The notes under the pieces: model-generated
What the model saw: only the letters and a program-made list of their open reading frames with translations
The model's database searches: none
What the model was told of the DNA's origin: nothing
Part shown: one piece after another, positions 1 to 8,195 of the stretch
Position numbering within the stretch: position 1 is the first letter of the stretch
Layout: each line of letters begins with the position of its first letter
Program-made: the position numbers and the translations under genes
Assembly (NCBI GenBank): GCA_045105515.1
Contig: JBGCDR010000053.1
Coordinates: 1 to 19,173, forward strand
Length of the DNA: 19,173 bases
Direction of reading: 5' to 3'
Origin: Oligoflexales bacterium
Lineage (GTDB): Bacteria; Bdellovibrionota_B; Oligoflexia; Oligoflexales; Bog-1112

Positions 1-2
1 TT

Positions 3-101
3 CAAATGGCAAGTAAAGTTAGGTCAACTCAAGGATTATCTTTGCACATCTTCGGTAGACTAGCTGCTGGAATGCTGATGAGAATTTTACCAAGTGCCTA
101 A
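3..101 (+). CDS. Partial CDS (3' end only), possibly the C-terminus of a DDE transposase (IS5/IS982-like)
   Basis: Open frame from the window edge reads QMASKVRSTQGLSLHIFGRLAAGMLMRILPSA, with TAA at 99-101. The 'K-V-R-S..GL..H.F..LAA' pattern recalls the C-terminal helix of IS5/IS982-type transposases, and it abuts a truncated kinase gene. Only 32 codons are visible. Confidence 0.3.
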   Translation, partial: QMASKVRSTQGLSLHIFGRLAAGMLMRILPSA

Positions 102-107
102 ATCGGC

Positions 108-767
108 CTATACCAGGAGTTTCAACTGTTGATTGGCATTGTAATTGATTGCCTTGCTGGGATCTTGCTCTAGAATGTAAGCCAAACCCTCAATCACCGC
201 CAGTGGGTTATTTAATTCATGAGCAATTCCTGAGCTAAACTCACTATAAGAGGCCACTCTTGCCCTTTGAATGATACGAGTCTGTTTTTCATAAAAATCC
301 TTCTCGAGCTCTAGCAGTTTCTTTCTTTGGCTTGCCACATCCAAAGCAGACCTCAGCATCACCGAATCTACATACAAGACCAAATTAGCACTATCAAAAG
401 GTTTATTAAGAAAAAAGATATTATCTTTAAATTTAATTGATTTCCTTGCATCATCTATAAATGAAGTCACAAATAAGATGGGGGTATTTTTGTTAATTGA
501 GTGCTCATCTCCACGAATCTTATTAACAAATTCAGCTCCCGACATTATCGGCATACGATGATCTGTACAGATGATGTCATATTGATTTTTCAAAGCTAGA
601 TTTAACGCTTCTTGTCCATCATCTGCAGTTACGATCTGCGCCTCTGGGAATGAGTTGAGTAAAAACTCCTCCATAATTTCTAAGATCTCAACTTCATCAT
701 CTACGACTAAGATCCTTCGGGTATTAGACTCACGTTGGGTGATAAAGCCAGCTAATTTTTCTGTCAT
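108..767 (-). pseudogene. Receiver + HisKA hybrid sensor kinase, truncated (no HATPase domain)
   Basis: Intact REC motifs (ILVVDDE, IICTDHRMP, FVTS, LNKPF), a coiled coil, then the H-box SGIAHELNNPL. The stop comes about 34 codons after the His, with no N/G1/F/G2 boxes in any minus-strand frame down to the window edge. Likely start is ATG 767 after AGGAG, not 812. Confidence 0.7.
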
Positions 768-1007
768 CTGCTTCACTCCTTCTCTGAGGACTTGTCGGAA
801 GAATAAATGCATAGCATTAGAACAAGAGGTCCAGCCAAGATCAAAAAAGGTATGAATAGCTATTTATCTAAAGTATTTAAGATGTTGGGCAAATACCTCT
901 TATATTCAGGACAAATCGTAGAAGAAAGACAAAGAAAAATAGTTTAACTTATTATTTACTTCTTGATAACGAACCATATACAGACCGATCAAAGCAGGAG
1001 AGCTAAA

Positions 1008-2396
1008 ATGTCAGAAAGAATTGAAAGTGATAGCTTAGGAACGGTACAAGTTCCTTCTGACCGCTATTGGGGTGCGCAAACACAAAGATCAATTCAGAAT
1101 TTTAAGATTGGAGGGCAAACTTTTCCTCCCTCAATATTCTGGGCTATGGGAATTGTAAAAAAAGCTGCAGCTATGACCAATGTGGACCTAGGAAAGCTTA
1201 GTGATGAAAAAGGCAAGCTGATATCGCAAGCGTGTGAAGAGGTCATCGAAGGAAAGTTAAACGAACACTTCCCTTTAGTAGTTTGGCAAACCGGCTCGGG
1301 CACCCAAAGTAATATGAACGCAAATGAAGTGATTGCCAATAGAGCAATCGAAATCGCTGGAGGGGAGATTGGCAGTAAAAATCCCATCCACCCGAATGAT
1401 GATGTGAACAAATCCCAGTCTTCGAACGACACCTTCCCAACATTCATGCATGTTGCTGCTGTCAAGGAAATCAAAGAGCATTTACTCCCAGCTGTTAAGG
1501 GGTTAAGAAAGACATTTGAGAAAAAGTCCAATGAGTTTGAGAAAATCGTGAAAATTGGCCGCACACACTTTATGGATGCAACTCCTCTGACTCTCGGACA
1601 AGAGATGAGTGCCTATGCAAATCAACTAGCATTTGCCGAAGCTGATATAGAAACCCGACTTGTAGGCCTCTATGAACTCGCCTTAGGAGGGACTGCTGTA
1701 GGGACAGGGCTTAACTCCCACCCTGAATACGCTGAACGAGTGGCACAAAAGATTGCGCAAATCTCAGGCTATCCATTTGTGACAGCTCCCAACAAATTTT
1801 CTGCCTTAGCCGCCCACGATGCTGTTGTTAGTATGAGCGGCGCATTCAAAACTCTTGCTGCGGCACTAATGAAAATTGGGAATGATATAAGAATGTTAGC
1901 CAGCGGACCGCGTTGTGGTATCGGAGAATTAAGAATACCTGCAAACGAACCAGGAAGTTCCATCATGCCTGGTAAGGTAAATCCAACACAATGTGAAGCC
2001 CTGACAATGGTAGCAGTCCAAATCATGGGCAATGATGCAGCCATTGGGTTTGCTGGAGCAAATGGACATTTCGAACTGAACGTATTCAAACCAGTTATGA
2101 TACATAACCTTCTTGAATCCTGCCGCCTACTAGCGGATGCTTGCAATAGCTTTAATAAAAACTGCGCTGCTGGCATCGAGCCTGACCACGAAGTGATTAA
2201 AAAGCATCTTGGCAACTCATTAATGCTAGTTACAGCCTTAAATCAAGTGATCGGCTATGATAATGCTGCCAAAATAGCCAAAAAAGCATGGTCAGACGGA
2301 ACGACTCTGAAGGAAGCAACGCTTGCGCTGAACCTTCTAAGCTCTGAAGAGTTTGATAAGCATGTGCAAGCGGAAAAGATGATAAAGCCCGAATAG
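1008..2396 (+). CDS. fumC: Class II fumarate hydratase
   Basis: [42 protein letters not shown] and the signature [18 protein letters not shown] 1008 follows AGGAG. Confidence 0.97.
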   Translation: MSERIESDSLGTVQVPSDRYWGAQTQRSIQNFKIGGQTFPPSIFWAMGIVKKAAAMTNVDLGKLSDEKGKLISQACEEVIEGKLNEHFPLVVWQTGSGTQSNMNANEVIANRAIEIAGGEIGSKNPIHPNDDVNKSQSSNDTFPTFMHVAAVKEIKEHLLPAVKGLRKTFEKKSNEFEKIVKIGRTHFMDATPLTLGQEMSAYANQLAFAEADIETRLVGLYELALGGTAVGTGLNSHPEYAERVAQKIAQISGYPFVTAPNKFSALAAHDAVVSMSGAFKTLAAALMKIGNDIRMLASGPRCGIGELRIPANEPGSSIMPGKVNPTQCEALTMVAVQIMGNDAAIGFAGANGHFELNVFKPVMIHNLLESCRLLADACNSFNKNCAAGIEPDHEVIKKHLGNSLMLVTALNQVIGYDNAAKIAKKAWSDGTTLKEATLALNLLSSEEFDKHVQAEKMIKPE

Positions 2397-2404
2397 CTAA
2401 GGAC

Positions 2405-2572
2405 TTACTTTGAGAGCTTTGATTCCTTAAAGTCCACATGTTTGCGGACCTTCGGGTCATATTTCTTCAATAAAAGCTTATCCTTACCCTTAAGTTTATT
2501 TAGGGTATAATAAACTCCAGTACCAGCTGTAGATACTAACTTTACTTTTTCACGGCGAGTAGACTTGGCCAT
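2405..2572 (-). CDS. rpmG: 50S ribosomal protein L33, Cys-free (non-zinc) type
   Basis: 55 aa [23 protein letters not shown]...[18 protein letters not shown] matches L33. AGGAG precedes ATG 2572, so the ORF-track extension to 2701 is spurious. Confidence 0.95.
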   Translation of the reverse strand: MAKSTRREKVKLVSTAGTGVYYTLNKLKGKDKLLLKKYDPKVRKHVDFKESKLSK

Positions 2573-2710
2573 TGTGAGTTTCTCCTGATATCCTAATATA
2601 CATAAGCCAAATGGCCTCAATATAAACCATAAGATCGGTATACATACTCTATTTTGAAAGAAAGAAAAACCAATTTTTTTGATCAGTGGCCATTTTCCCA
2701 TAGATTTAGG

Positions 2711-2735
2711 ACCTCATGATAAAATATTCATAGGT
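2711..2735 (+). promoter_or_regulatory. Imperfect palindrome containing an extended -10-like element, upstream of the Deg operon
   Basis: ACCTCATGATAAAATATTCATAGGT has dyad arms ACCT-ATGA / TCAT-AGGT, and TGATAAAAT (2717-2725) resembles TGnTATAAT. It lies in the divergent rpmG/deg spacer. Confidence 0.3.
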
Positions 2736-2737
2736 TT

Positions 2738-4288
2738 ATGGGGAGAATAGACTTGCTACGGAAATTTTTTTTATTGTGCCAACTAGTATTTTTTCTCACC
2801 ACTGGATGCCAAGTTGATAATTGGTCTTCTCCCTCAGAACTTAAGATTCTAAAGTCAATACGGCAATCCATTTTCAAAATTAGGGTCGTATCTCAGGAAC
2901 CCGACTTTAGAAGGCCTTGGACTTATCGCAATGCAAGCAAAAGTACGGGCACTGGATTTTACATCGGCTCAAACCGTATTCTGACCAACGCCCACGTTGT
3001 GGCAAACGGACGATATATAACTGTACAAAAAGATGGTGATGAAAAGGCTTACACTGCCTATGTAACTCACATAGCCCATGATTGTGATTTGGCCATGCTC
3101 AGTGTTACCGAAAGTGGCTACTTTGATGGACTGGATGCTTTACCTTTTACTGAAATTCCGCAGTTACGCTCACCTGTCTCCACCATCGGCTTTCCCACTG
3201 GTGGGGAACAGATTAGTATAACTAAAGGCATTGTTTCCCGAATTGAATATAGACGCTATGTACACCCACACAATACTAAGCATCTTATTGTACAGGTAGA
3301 CTCTGCAATCAACTCTGGAAATAGCGGTGGACCTGTTCTTCAAAATCAAAAAGTTGTTGGTGTCGCTTTTCAATCATACTCGGGAGCTGAAAATACTGGC
3401 TATATCATTCCTAGCACTGTGGTCGAGCATTTTTTAAAAGATATCGAAGATGGAAAGTATGATGGCTATCCCCAATTGGGAATTCAATTGAGTCAAACCG
3501 CAACAGCGAATACAGCCACTTCTACATTTCATGAGATTCCCACTGGAGCTGGAGGGGTTAAGATTGCTTTTGTAGGTCAGTGGTCACCTTTTTATAGGCT
3601 TTTGTTCGCCGGTGACATCATCCTTAGTATAGATCAGAAAAAAATTGGTACTGACTCTCGGATCAGCTTCAAGGGAGAAAGGGTTTCTTTTTTCACCATT
3701 TTTGACTCTAAGCAAATCGGCGACAAGGTTGCTTTCTCTATATTAAGAGATGGAAAAGCAATTTCCTTAAAACCTACTATAAAGCACGGAAAAAACCCAC
3801 CCAACAATGGATATCTTTATGATAAGCAAGCTCCGTATATCGTGGTTGGGGGAATTATATTTACTCAACTCAATCGCAGCTATTTAAAAAGCTTAGGACA
3901 TAATTGGTATAAGGAAGCCCATCCACTTTTTAAGTACCTTTTCTATCATGGTCCTTACGATACCGAATACCAGCAAAAACAAGAATTTATTGTGATTGCT
4001 GGTAAACTACCTCATGCTGTAAACAACGATATCAATATGCTCAAGGGTGGTGTTGTAAAGCAGGTTCAGGGTCAAATAGTTAACTCTTTAAAAGAATTTG
4101 ACCTAATAATTAGCAATTCAAAAGAAAAATACTTAATGATTGAACTGATTGGCATAGGAGAGCCTATTGTCTTTTTAAGAGAAAATTTGAAAGATTCCGC
4201 TCCGAAAATCAAGTCAATTTATGGGTTAAGCAAGCTAAAATGGCTCGGCCCTAAAGAAGATGGAGCGGTAAAAATGGGGACCAACTAA
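2738..4288 (+). CDS. HtrA/Deg2-like S1C serine protease with PDZ domains, predicted lipoprotein, catalytically intact
   Basis: GTGFYIG, TNAHVV (His), DCDLAML (Asp), AINSGNSGGP (Ser). GYPQLGI PDZ entry and PYIVVGGIIF second PDZ-like domain, typical of the plant Deg2/Deg9 subgroup. Lipobox LTTG-C24. Confidence 0.92.
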   Translation: MGRIDLLRKFFLLCQLVFFLTTGCQVDNWSSPSELKILKSIRQSIFKIRVVSQEPDFRRPWTYRNASKSTGTGFYIGSNRILTNAHVVANGRYITVQKDGDEKAYTAYVTHIAHDCDLAMLSVTESGYFDGLDALPFTEIPQLRSPVSTIGFPTGGEQISITKGIVSRIEYRRYVHPHNTKHLIVQVDSAINSGNSGGPVLQNQKVVGVAFQSYSGAENTGYIIPSTVVEHFLKDIEDGKYDGYPQLGIQLSQTATANTATSTFHEIPTGAGGVKIAFVGQWSPFYRLLFAGDIILSIDQKKIGTDSRISFKGERVSFFTIFDSKQIGDKVAFSILRDGKAISLKPTIKHGKNPPNNGYLYDKQAPYIVVGGIIFTQLNRSYLKSLGHNWYKEAHPLFKYLFYHGPYDTEYQQKQEFIVIAGKLPHAVNNDINMLKGGVVKQVQGQIVNSLKEFDLIISNSKEKYLMIELIGIGEPIVFLRENLKDSAPKIKSIYGLSKLKWLGPKEDGAVKMGTN

Positions 4289-5790
4289 TGTTGTATTGTT
4301 TAAAAAACATAACAATAGCGTATTTATTCTCTCTGCAAATAGTTAGCTTTTCTTCAGCTTCATCGCTTGATTTTTCCAAGTCTTTCTCTCTTATTAAAGT
4401 AGCTAAGCAAAGAAATGATATCCGTTCACCTTGGAAAAAAAAGAATATCGTCTATGAACATCATCTCGCTAGCTGTATTAAATTCCATGGTAGAAATGCC
4501 CTTTTGGTAACTAGCTATGCGATCTTAAACCAGACTGAAATATTAATGTTACCGTATTTTCAATCTAAAAAAATTCCCTTAGAACCAGTCTTTGTAGACC
4601 ATGAAGTTAATCTAGCCATTCTAATAGCTAAAGAAGGTCACAAGCTCACTCTAATGAAGCCTGTACCTATTGGAGATGATATAAGCATTGGAAGTACAGC
4701 AACAATTCTTACTGATCAAAACAACATTAAACTGAACAAACATTCAGCAACTCTCTCTGCAGTTGACATCTATGAAGCAAGCACAAGTTCATATCAAATG
4801 GTCCACTACCTCCTAAAAGCACAGCAAAAATCGCTGGGATGGTCAGAGCCAGTCATTAAAAATGAAAAAATAGTTGCTATTACCAGTGGACAAAATTCAG
4901 ACTATATTTATGCAGTTCCTGCACGGACTATCAAACATTTCCTCAGCGAAAAGGTCGAATCTTATCGCGGTTTTCCAAGCCTAGGATTACTTACCCAGAG
5001 CTTTAATTCCGATTCTTTAAGACAAGCCCTCGGAGCACCAGGACAAGAGCTGGGAGTTAGAGTTGCAAAGGTAAATAAGACAAGCCCATTTTTCAAAAAA
5101 ATCAAAAAGAACGATGTACTACTAGCATTCAATGACTATAAAATAAACTCAAGACAAACAATTGAGCACTCCATTTGGGGAGAAATACCCTATGTAGTTT
5201 TGGTCAATGAAAAATATGCAGGTGATTTGGTACGCCTCACCTTTTGGCGAGACAAGAAAGAATTTCACATCACTGAGCCACTCAGACGCTACTCTTCTAA
5301 TGAGAAATTAGTCAGACAATATAACTATAAAAACAGTGAGTCGCACCTAATTTTCGGGGGGCTAATTTTCCAGGAACTTTCTCTCGATTACCTAAAAACG
5401 TGGGGAAGCCATTGGCAAAAAGAAGCGAAATCCGATCTCTTATATCATTGGGTTTACAAAAATGACTTTTTCCCTGCAGGAAACAAGCGAATCGTAATTT
5501 TATCTAAAGTACTAGCTGACCGCAAAAATCATGGATATGAGCACTTGACTCATCGCATAATTAACAAGATTAACGGATTCCAGGTAAACTCAATTCAAGA
5601 GGTATTTAAGGCATTAGAAAATCCAATCAAAAAACAAAGTAATGAATATGCGAAAATCGAGTTTTCTCAAGGAAAAGGAGAAGTAATCTTATCCTACAAG
5701 GACTTAGCCAGTACTCATACTCGGATTGCCAATAGCTATGGAATTACTTCCCCACAGTCATTTTTTAGCAGAAAACCAAATAAACCTTAG
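4288..5790 (+). CDS. Deg2-like paralogue with degenerate catalytic triad (probable pseudoprotease), exported
   Basis: Colinear with the upstream protease: SPWKK, RGFPSLGL, HLIFGGLIFQELS..YLK.WG..W. Catalytic motifs are altered: TNAH to TSYA, DCDLA to EVNLA, GNSGGP to GWSEP. Signal-peptide-like N-terminus. TAATG overlap at 4286-4290. Confidence 0.8.
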   Translation: MLYCLKNITIAYLFSLQIVSFSSASSLDFSKSFSLIKVAKQRNDIRSPWKKKNIVYEHHLASCIKFHGRNALLVTSYAILNQTEILMLPYFQSKKIPLEPVFVDHEVNLAILIAKEGHKLTLMKPVPIGDDISIGSTATILTDQNNIKLNKHSATLSAVDIYEASTSSYQMVHYLLKAQQKSLGWSEPVIKNEKIVAITSGQNSDYIYAVPARTIKHFLSEKVESYRGFPSLGLLTQSFNSDSLRQALGAPGQELGVRVAKVNKTSPFFKKIKKNDVLLAFNDYKINSRQTIEHSIWGEIPYVVLVNEKYAGDLVRLTFWRDKKEFHITEPLRRYSSNEKLVRQYNYKNSESHLIFGGLIFQELSLDYLKTWGSHWQKEAKSDLLYHWVYKNDFFPAGNKRIVILSKVLADRKNHGYEHLTHRIINKINGFQVNSIQEVFKALENPIKKQSNEYAKIEFSQGKGEVILSYKDLASTHTRIANSYGITSPQSFFSRKPNKP

Positions 5791-6194
5791 TCCCCCCTTT
5801 TTTTTGACGAATGGCACGGAGACTGGCTATTAACTATCAAAGGTTTGAGTTCTTCCTCTAAATTTAGCCAAATCTTGCTTAAGTTTTCCGGTAAACCTAA
5901 GCTACGAAGGACTTCTCCCATCAATACTTGTCGGCGAGCAAAGTGCACCTTAGTTAAAGGCATTAAGCTATGTGCTTTGATAAGAGGTTTTCCTCTGTAC
6001 TGATGGCTCGTAGATCCAAGCAGTTTGGCCGTAAAGGTGCATTGCTTTGCAATAAGCTGCTCAATATCTGTGTGAAAAAAAAAGTGTCCAATAATTGGAT
6101 CTCTCACAGCATGCTGATAAAACTCTGAAATTGCTTGTTTGATGAATGCTTCTCCAACCTCATCAAAGATGCGAGTATTTACTGACTCAACCAA
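5787..6194 (-). CDS. Group I truncated (2/2) hemoglobin
   Basis: IFDEVG, B9/B10 FY, D..I..FF, KQ..F...LG, YRGKPL..AH (proximal HisF8), HF. TTG start with AGGGG 6 nt upstream. Its stop overlaps the stop of the convergent gene (TTAG 5787-5790). Confidence 0.88.
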   Translation of the reverse strand: MVESVNTRIFDEVGEAFIKQAISEFYQHAVRDPIIGHFFFHTDIEQLIAKQCTFTAKLLGSTSHQYRGKPLIKAHSLMPLTKVHFARRQVLMGEVLRSLGLPENLSKIWLNLEEELKPLIVNSQSPCHSSKKRGD

Positions 6195-6310
6195 TGTTTG
6201 CCCCTAAGAGCTTGTGTTTAAAAAAAATTTAATATTTTTTTCCTTGAACCTAGACAGTTACCCAAGATAAGGTCGTCCTTTAATAACTGCTATCTCAAGA
6301 GAATCAGCCG

Positions 6311-7048
6311 GTGTCAAATCAATATCTTATTATCATACCTACATTTAATGAAGCTCCTAACATAGAACCCCTTGTTGAAGGTATTTTTGCAAACGCACCT
6401 GAGGTCACTCTGCTATTTGTCGATGACAATAGTAAAGATGAAACTAGAGCTAAAATCCAAGAAATGTCCAAGAGGTTTCCCCAAAAAATAAACATCTTGA
6501 AGCGTAAACAAAAGCTTGGCCTAGGCACTGCTTACATAGCTGGATTTAAGTGGGGCCTTACTCGCAAGTTTAAAATAATCATAGAAATGGATGCCGACTT
6601 GTCCCATAACCCAGTATACCTGCCAGATATCTTTGGGCTCCTTAAATCACATGACCTTGTTATAGGTAGTCGCTATGTAAATGGAGGAGGGACCAAAAAT
6701 TGGAGCATTGTCCGCCGTATTATAAGCCGCGCGGGCTCCGCTTATGCTCGTTTGATTCTTGGCGTCAGAGTTGCTGACTTTACAGGCGGCTTTAATGCTT
6801 GGCATGCAAATGTTCTAGAACGCATCAGTCTTGATGACATTAGAAGCGATGGCTATGTTTTCCAAATTGAGTTAAAATACCGAGCTATACTTGCTGGATT
6901 TAAGCATATCGAAACTCCTATCATTTTTGCAGACCGGACTAAAGGTCAATCAAAAATGACTCTATCTATAGTACTGGAAGCTGTCTATAAAGTTTTTCTT
7001 CTCCGTGCATTTCAAGAAAAATTCAAATCCTTAGGTAAGACCCTCTGA
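6311..7048 (+). CDS. Polyprenol monophosphomannose synthase (GT2, Ppm1/Dpm1-like)
   Basis: IIPTFNE, FVDDNSKD, KLGLGTAYIAGF, EMDADLSH (DxD), GSRY..GG, DFTGGF, GY.FQIE, PIIFADR..G.SKM. Confidence 0.9.
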   Translation: MSNQYLIIIPTFNEAPNIEPLVEGIFANAPEVTLLFVDDNSKDETRAKIQEMSKRFPQKINILKRKQKLGLGTAYIAGFKWGLTRKFKIIIEMDADLSHNPVYLPDIFGLLKSHDLVIGSRYVNGGGTKNWSIVRRIISRAGSAYARLILGVRVADFTGGFNAWHANVLERISLDDIRSDGYVFQIELKYRAILAGFKHIETPIIFADRTKGQSKMTLSIVLEAVYKVFLLRAFQEKFKSLGKTL

Positions 7049-7080
7049 CCCTGAGATACTAGCTCCACAATCCAAAAGCA

Positions 7081-7089
7081 TGCTATAAT
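7081..7089 (+). promoter_or_regulatory. Extended -10 sigma70 promoter element
   Basis: Perfect TGcTATAAT about 40 nt upstream of GTG 7129, with GGCGGAG RBS at 7117-7123. Confidence 0.55.
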
Positions 7090-7128
7090 TTAAGCGATGA
7101 ACAATCAGAAGACAATGGCGGAGCTATT

Positions 7129-7599
7129 GTGAGTTTTAGGTTTCCGTTTCCCTTAGAAGTAGCTTTAATCGATGATGAAGAGGGGATACTCGATCTTTTG
7201 GGTGATGCTGTAGAAGGTATTCCAGAACTTACTCCCTTACTTTACTCCAACCCTGTTGAGGCATTCGAAGCTATTAAGGAGCGGAAAATACGGATCGTGT
7301 TTACAGATTTAGATATGCCTAACCTCCGTGGTGATCAACTGATACAGAAATGTAAGAAATTGGACTGGAATGTGGATGTTATTGTTATGTCTGCAGCTAT
7401 AAAAAGAGAAATTGCTCTCAAATGTTTTGATACAGGTGCTCGAGAAGTTCTTATAAAACCATCTGATATCTCCAGAGTTGATGAAGCTTTAAATCGTATC
7501 GTAGAAAGATACAAAATTTGGCACAGTACTTGTAATGAAGTAGGTTTCGGAATACAAGATCGTACAATATTAAAAATGAATGGTGATGAAGAAATATAG
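7129..7599 (+). CDS. Response regulator, receiver domain with short C-terminal tail
   Basis: LIDDE, VFTDLDMP (phospho-Asp), VMSA, LIKP. No DNA-binding output domain. Confidence 0.88.
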   Translation: MSFRFPFPLEVALIDDEEGILDLLGDAVEGIPELTPLLYSNPVEAFEAIKERKIRIVFTDLDMPNLRGDQLIQKCKKLDWNVDVIVMSAAIKREIALKCFDTGAREVLIKPSDISRVDEALNRIVERYKIWHSTCNEVGFGIQDRTILKMNGDEEI

Positions 7600-7656
7600 C
7601 TTCTTGAAAGATTCTTGAGTCTATATATACGAGCTAATTGCATAAATGAGGTAAGA

Positions 7657-8031
7657 ATGGCAAAAACAAAGGTCCTCATCGTTGATGATTCAGTAACCAT
7701 GCGCCAGCAAATCGATTTAACATTGACGAAAGAAGGCTTCGAACTGATTGAAGCTTGTGATGGTGAAGACGGAATAAAAAAACTCCAAGAAGTGGACAAC
7801 ATAAAGCTAGTCTTCTTAGATGTTAATATGCCCAAAATGGATGGCCTTGAAATGCTTGAGGAGATCCAGCGCAAAGGAATCTTCACAGATGTCCCGGTCA
7901 TCATGTTGACCACAGAAATTGATAAACGAAAAATTCATCGCGCAAAAACAGCTGGTGCAAAAGGATGGATCATAAAGCCATTTGAACCTTATCAAATCAT
8001 AGATGTAGCAAATAAATTTACCCAAGATTAA
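7657..8031 (+). CDS. Single-domain CheY-like response regulator
   Basis: VLIVDDS.TMR, EACDG.DG, FLDVNMPKMDG, MLTTE, AGAKGWIIKPF. GAGG RBS before ATG 7657, so the 7615 start is unlikely. Confidence 0.92.
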   Translation: MAKTKVLIVDDSVTMRQQIDLTLTKEGFELIEACDGEDGIKKLQEVDNIKLVFLDVNMPKMDGLEMLEEIQRKGIFTDVPVIMLTTEIDKRKIHRAKTAGAKGWIIKPFEPYQIIDVANKFTQD

Positions 8032-8195
8032 ATCACTGTTCATTGCTAAATCGAACACTTAAGCAGTCACCCCTATATATGTTTGAGGATTACATATAAA
8101 TCGGGGATAATCCGATAAATATCGAGTTGTTTCAGCTATTTATAACGATATCCATTGCAGCCTAGATGAGCAAGGTACTCAGCATATATGCAGGA

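Noticed and set aside
1..110. Frameshift or stop read-through continuation of the hybrid kinase
   Set aside because: Read-through gives ADLGTW then stop. The other minus frames give an immediate stop or LQCQSTVETPGIGRFRHLV...LELT then stop, with no kinase motifs.
1094..2460. Minus-strand ORFs inside fumC (156, 66, 68, 148 and 76 aa)
   Set aside because: Antisense shadows of a highly conserved gene, with no RBS or recognisable motifs.
2573..2701. 43-aa hydrophobic N-terminal extension on L33
   Set aside because: A strong AGGAG precedes ATG 2572 and L33 homology starts there. The extension is an AT-rich spacer read in frame.
2716..2731. Canonical Fur/Zur box
   Set aside because: ATGATAAAATATTCAT does not fit the 7-1-7 spacing. 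Kept only as a weak generic dyad or -10 element.
7335..8058. 192-aa and 80-aa minus-strand ORFs across the response regulators
   Set aside because: Ser/Ile-rich antisense shadows typical of receiver-domain genes.
8098..8120. ATCGG-N7-CCGAT dyad or sigma28 -10 between the cheY-like and RNB genes
   Set aside because: Only a 5-bp stem, no correctly spaced TAAA -35, and it lies between convergent genes.
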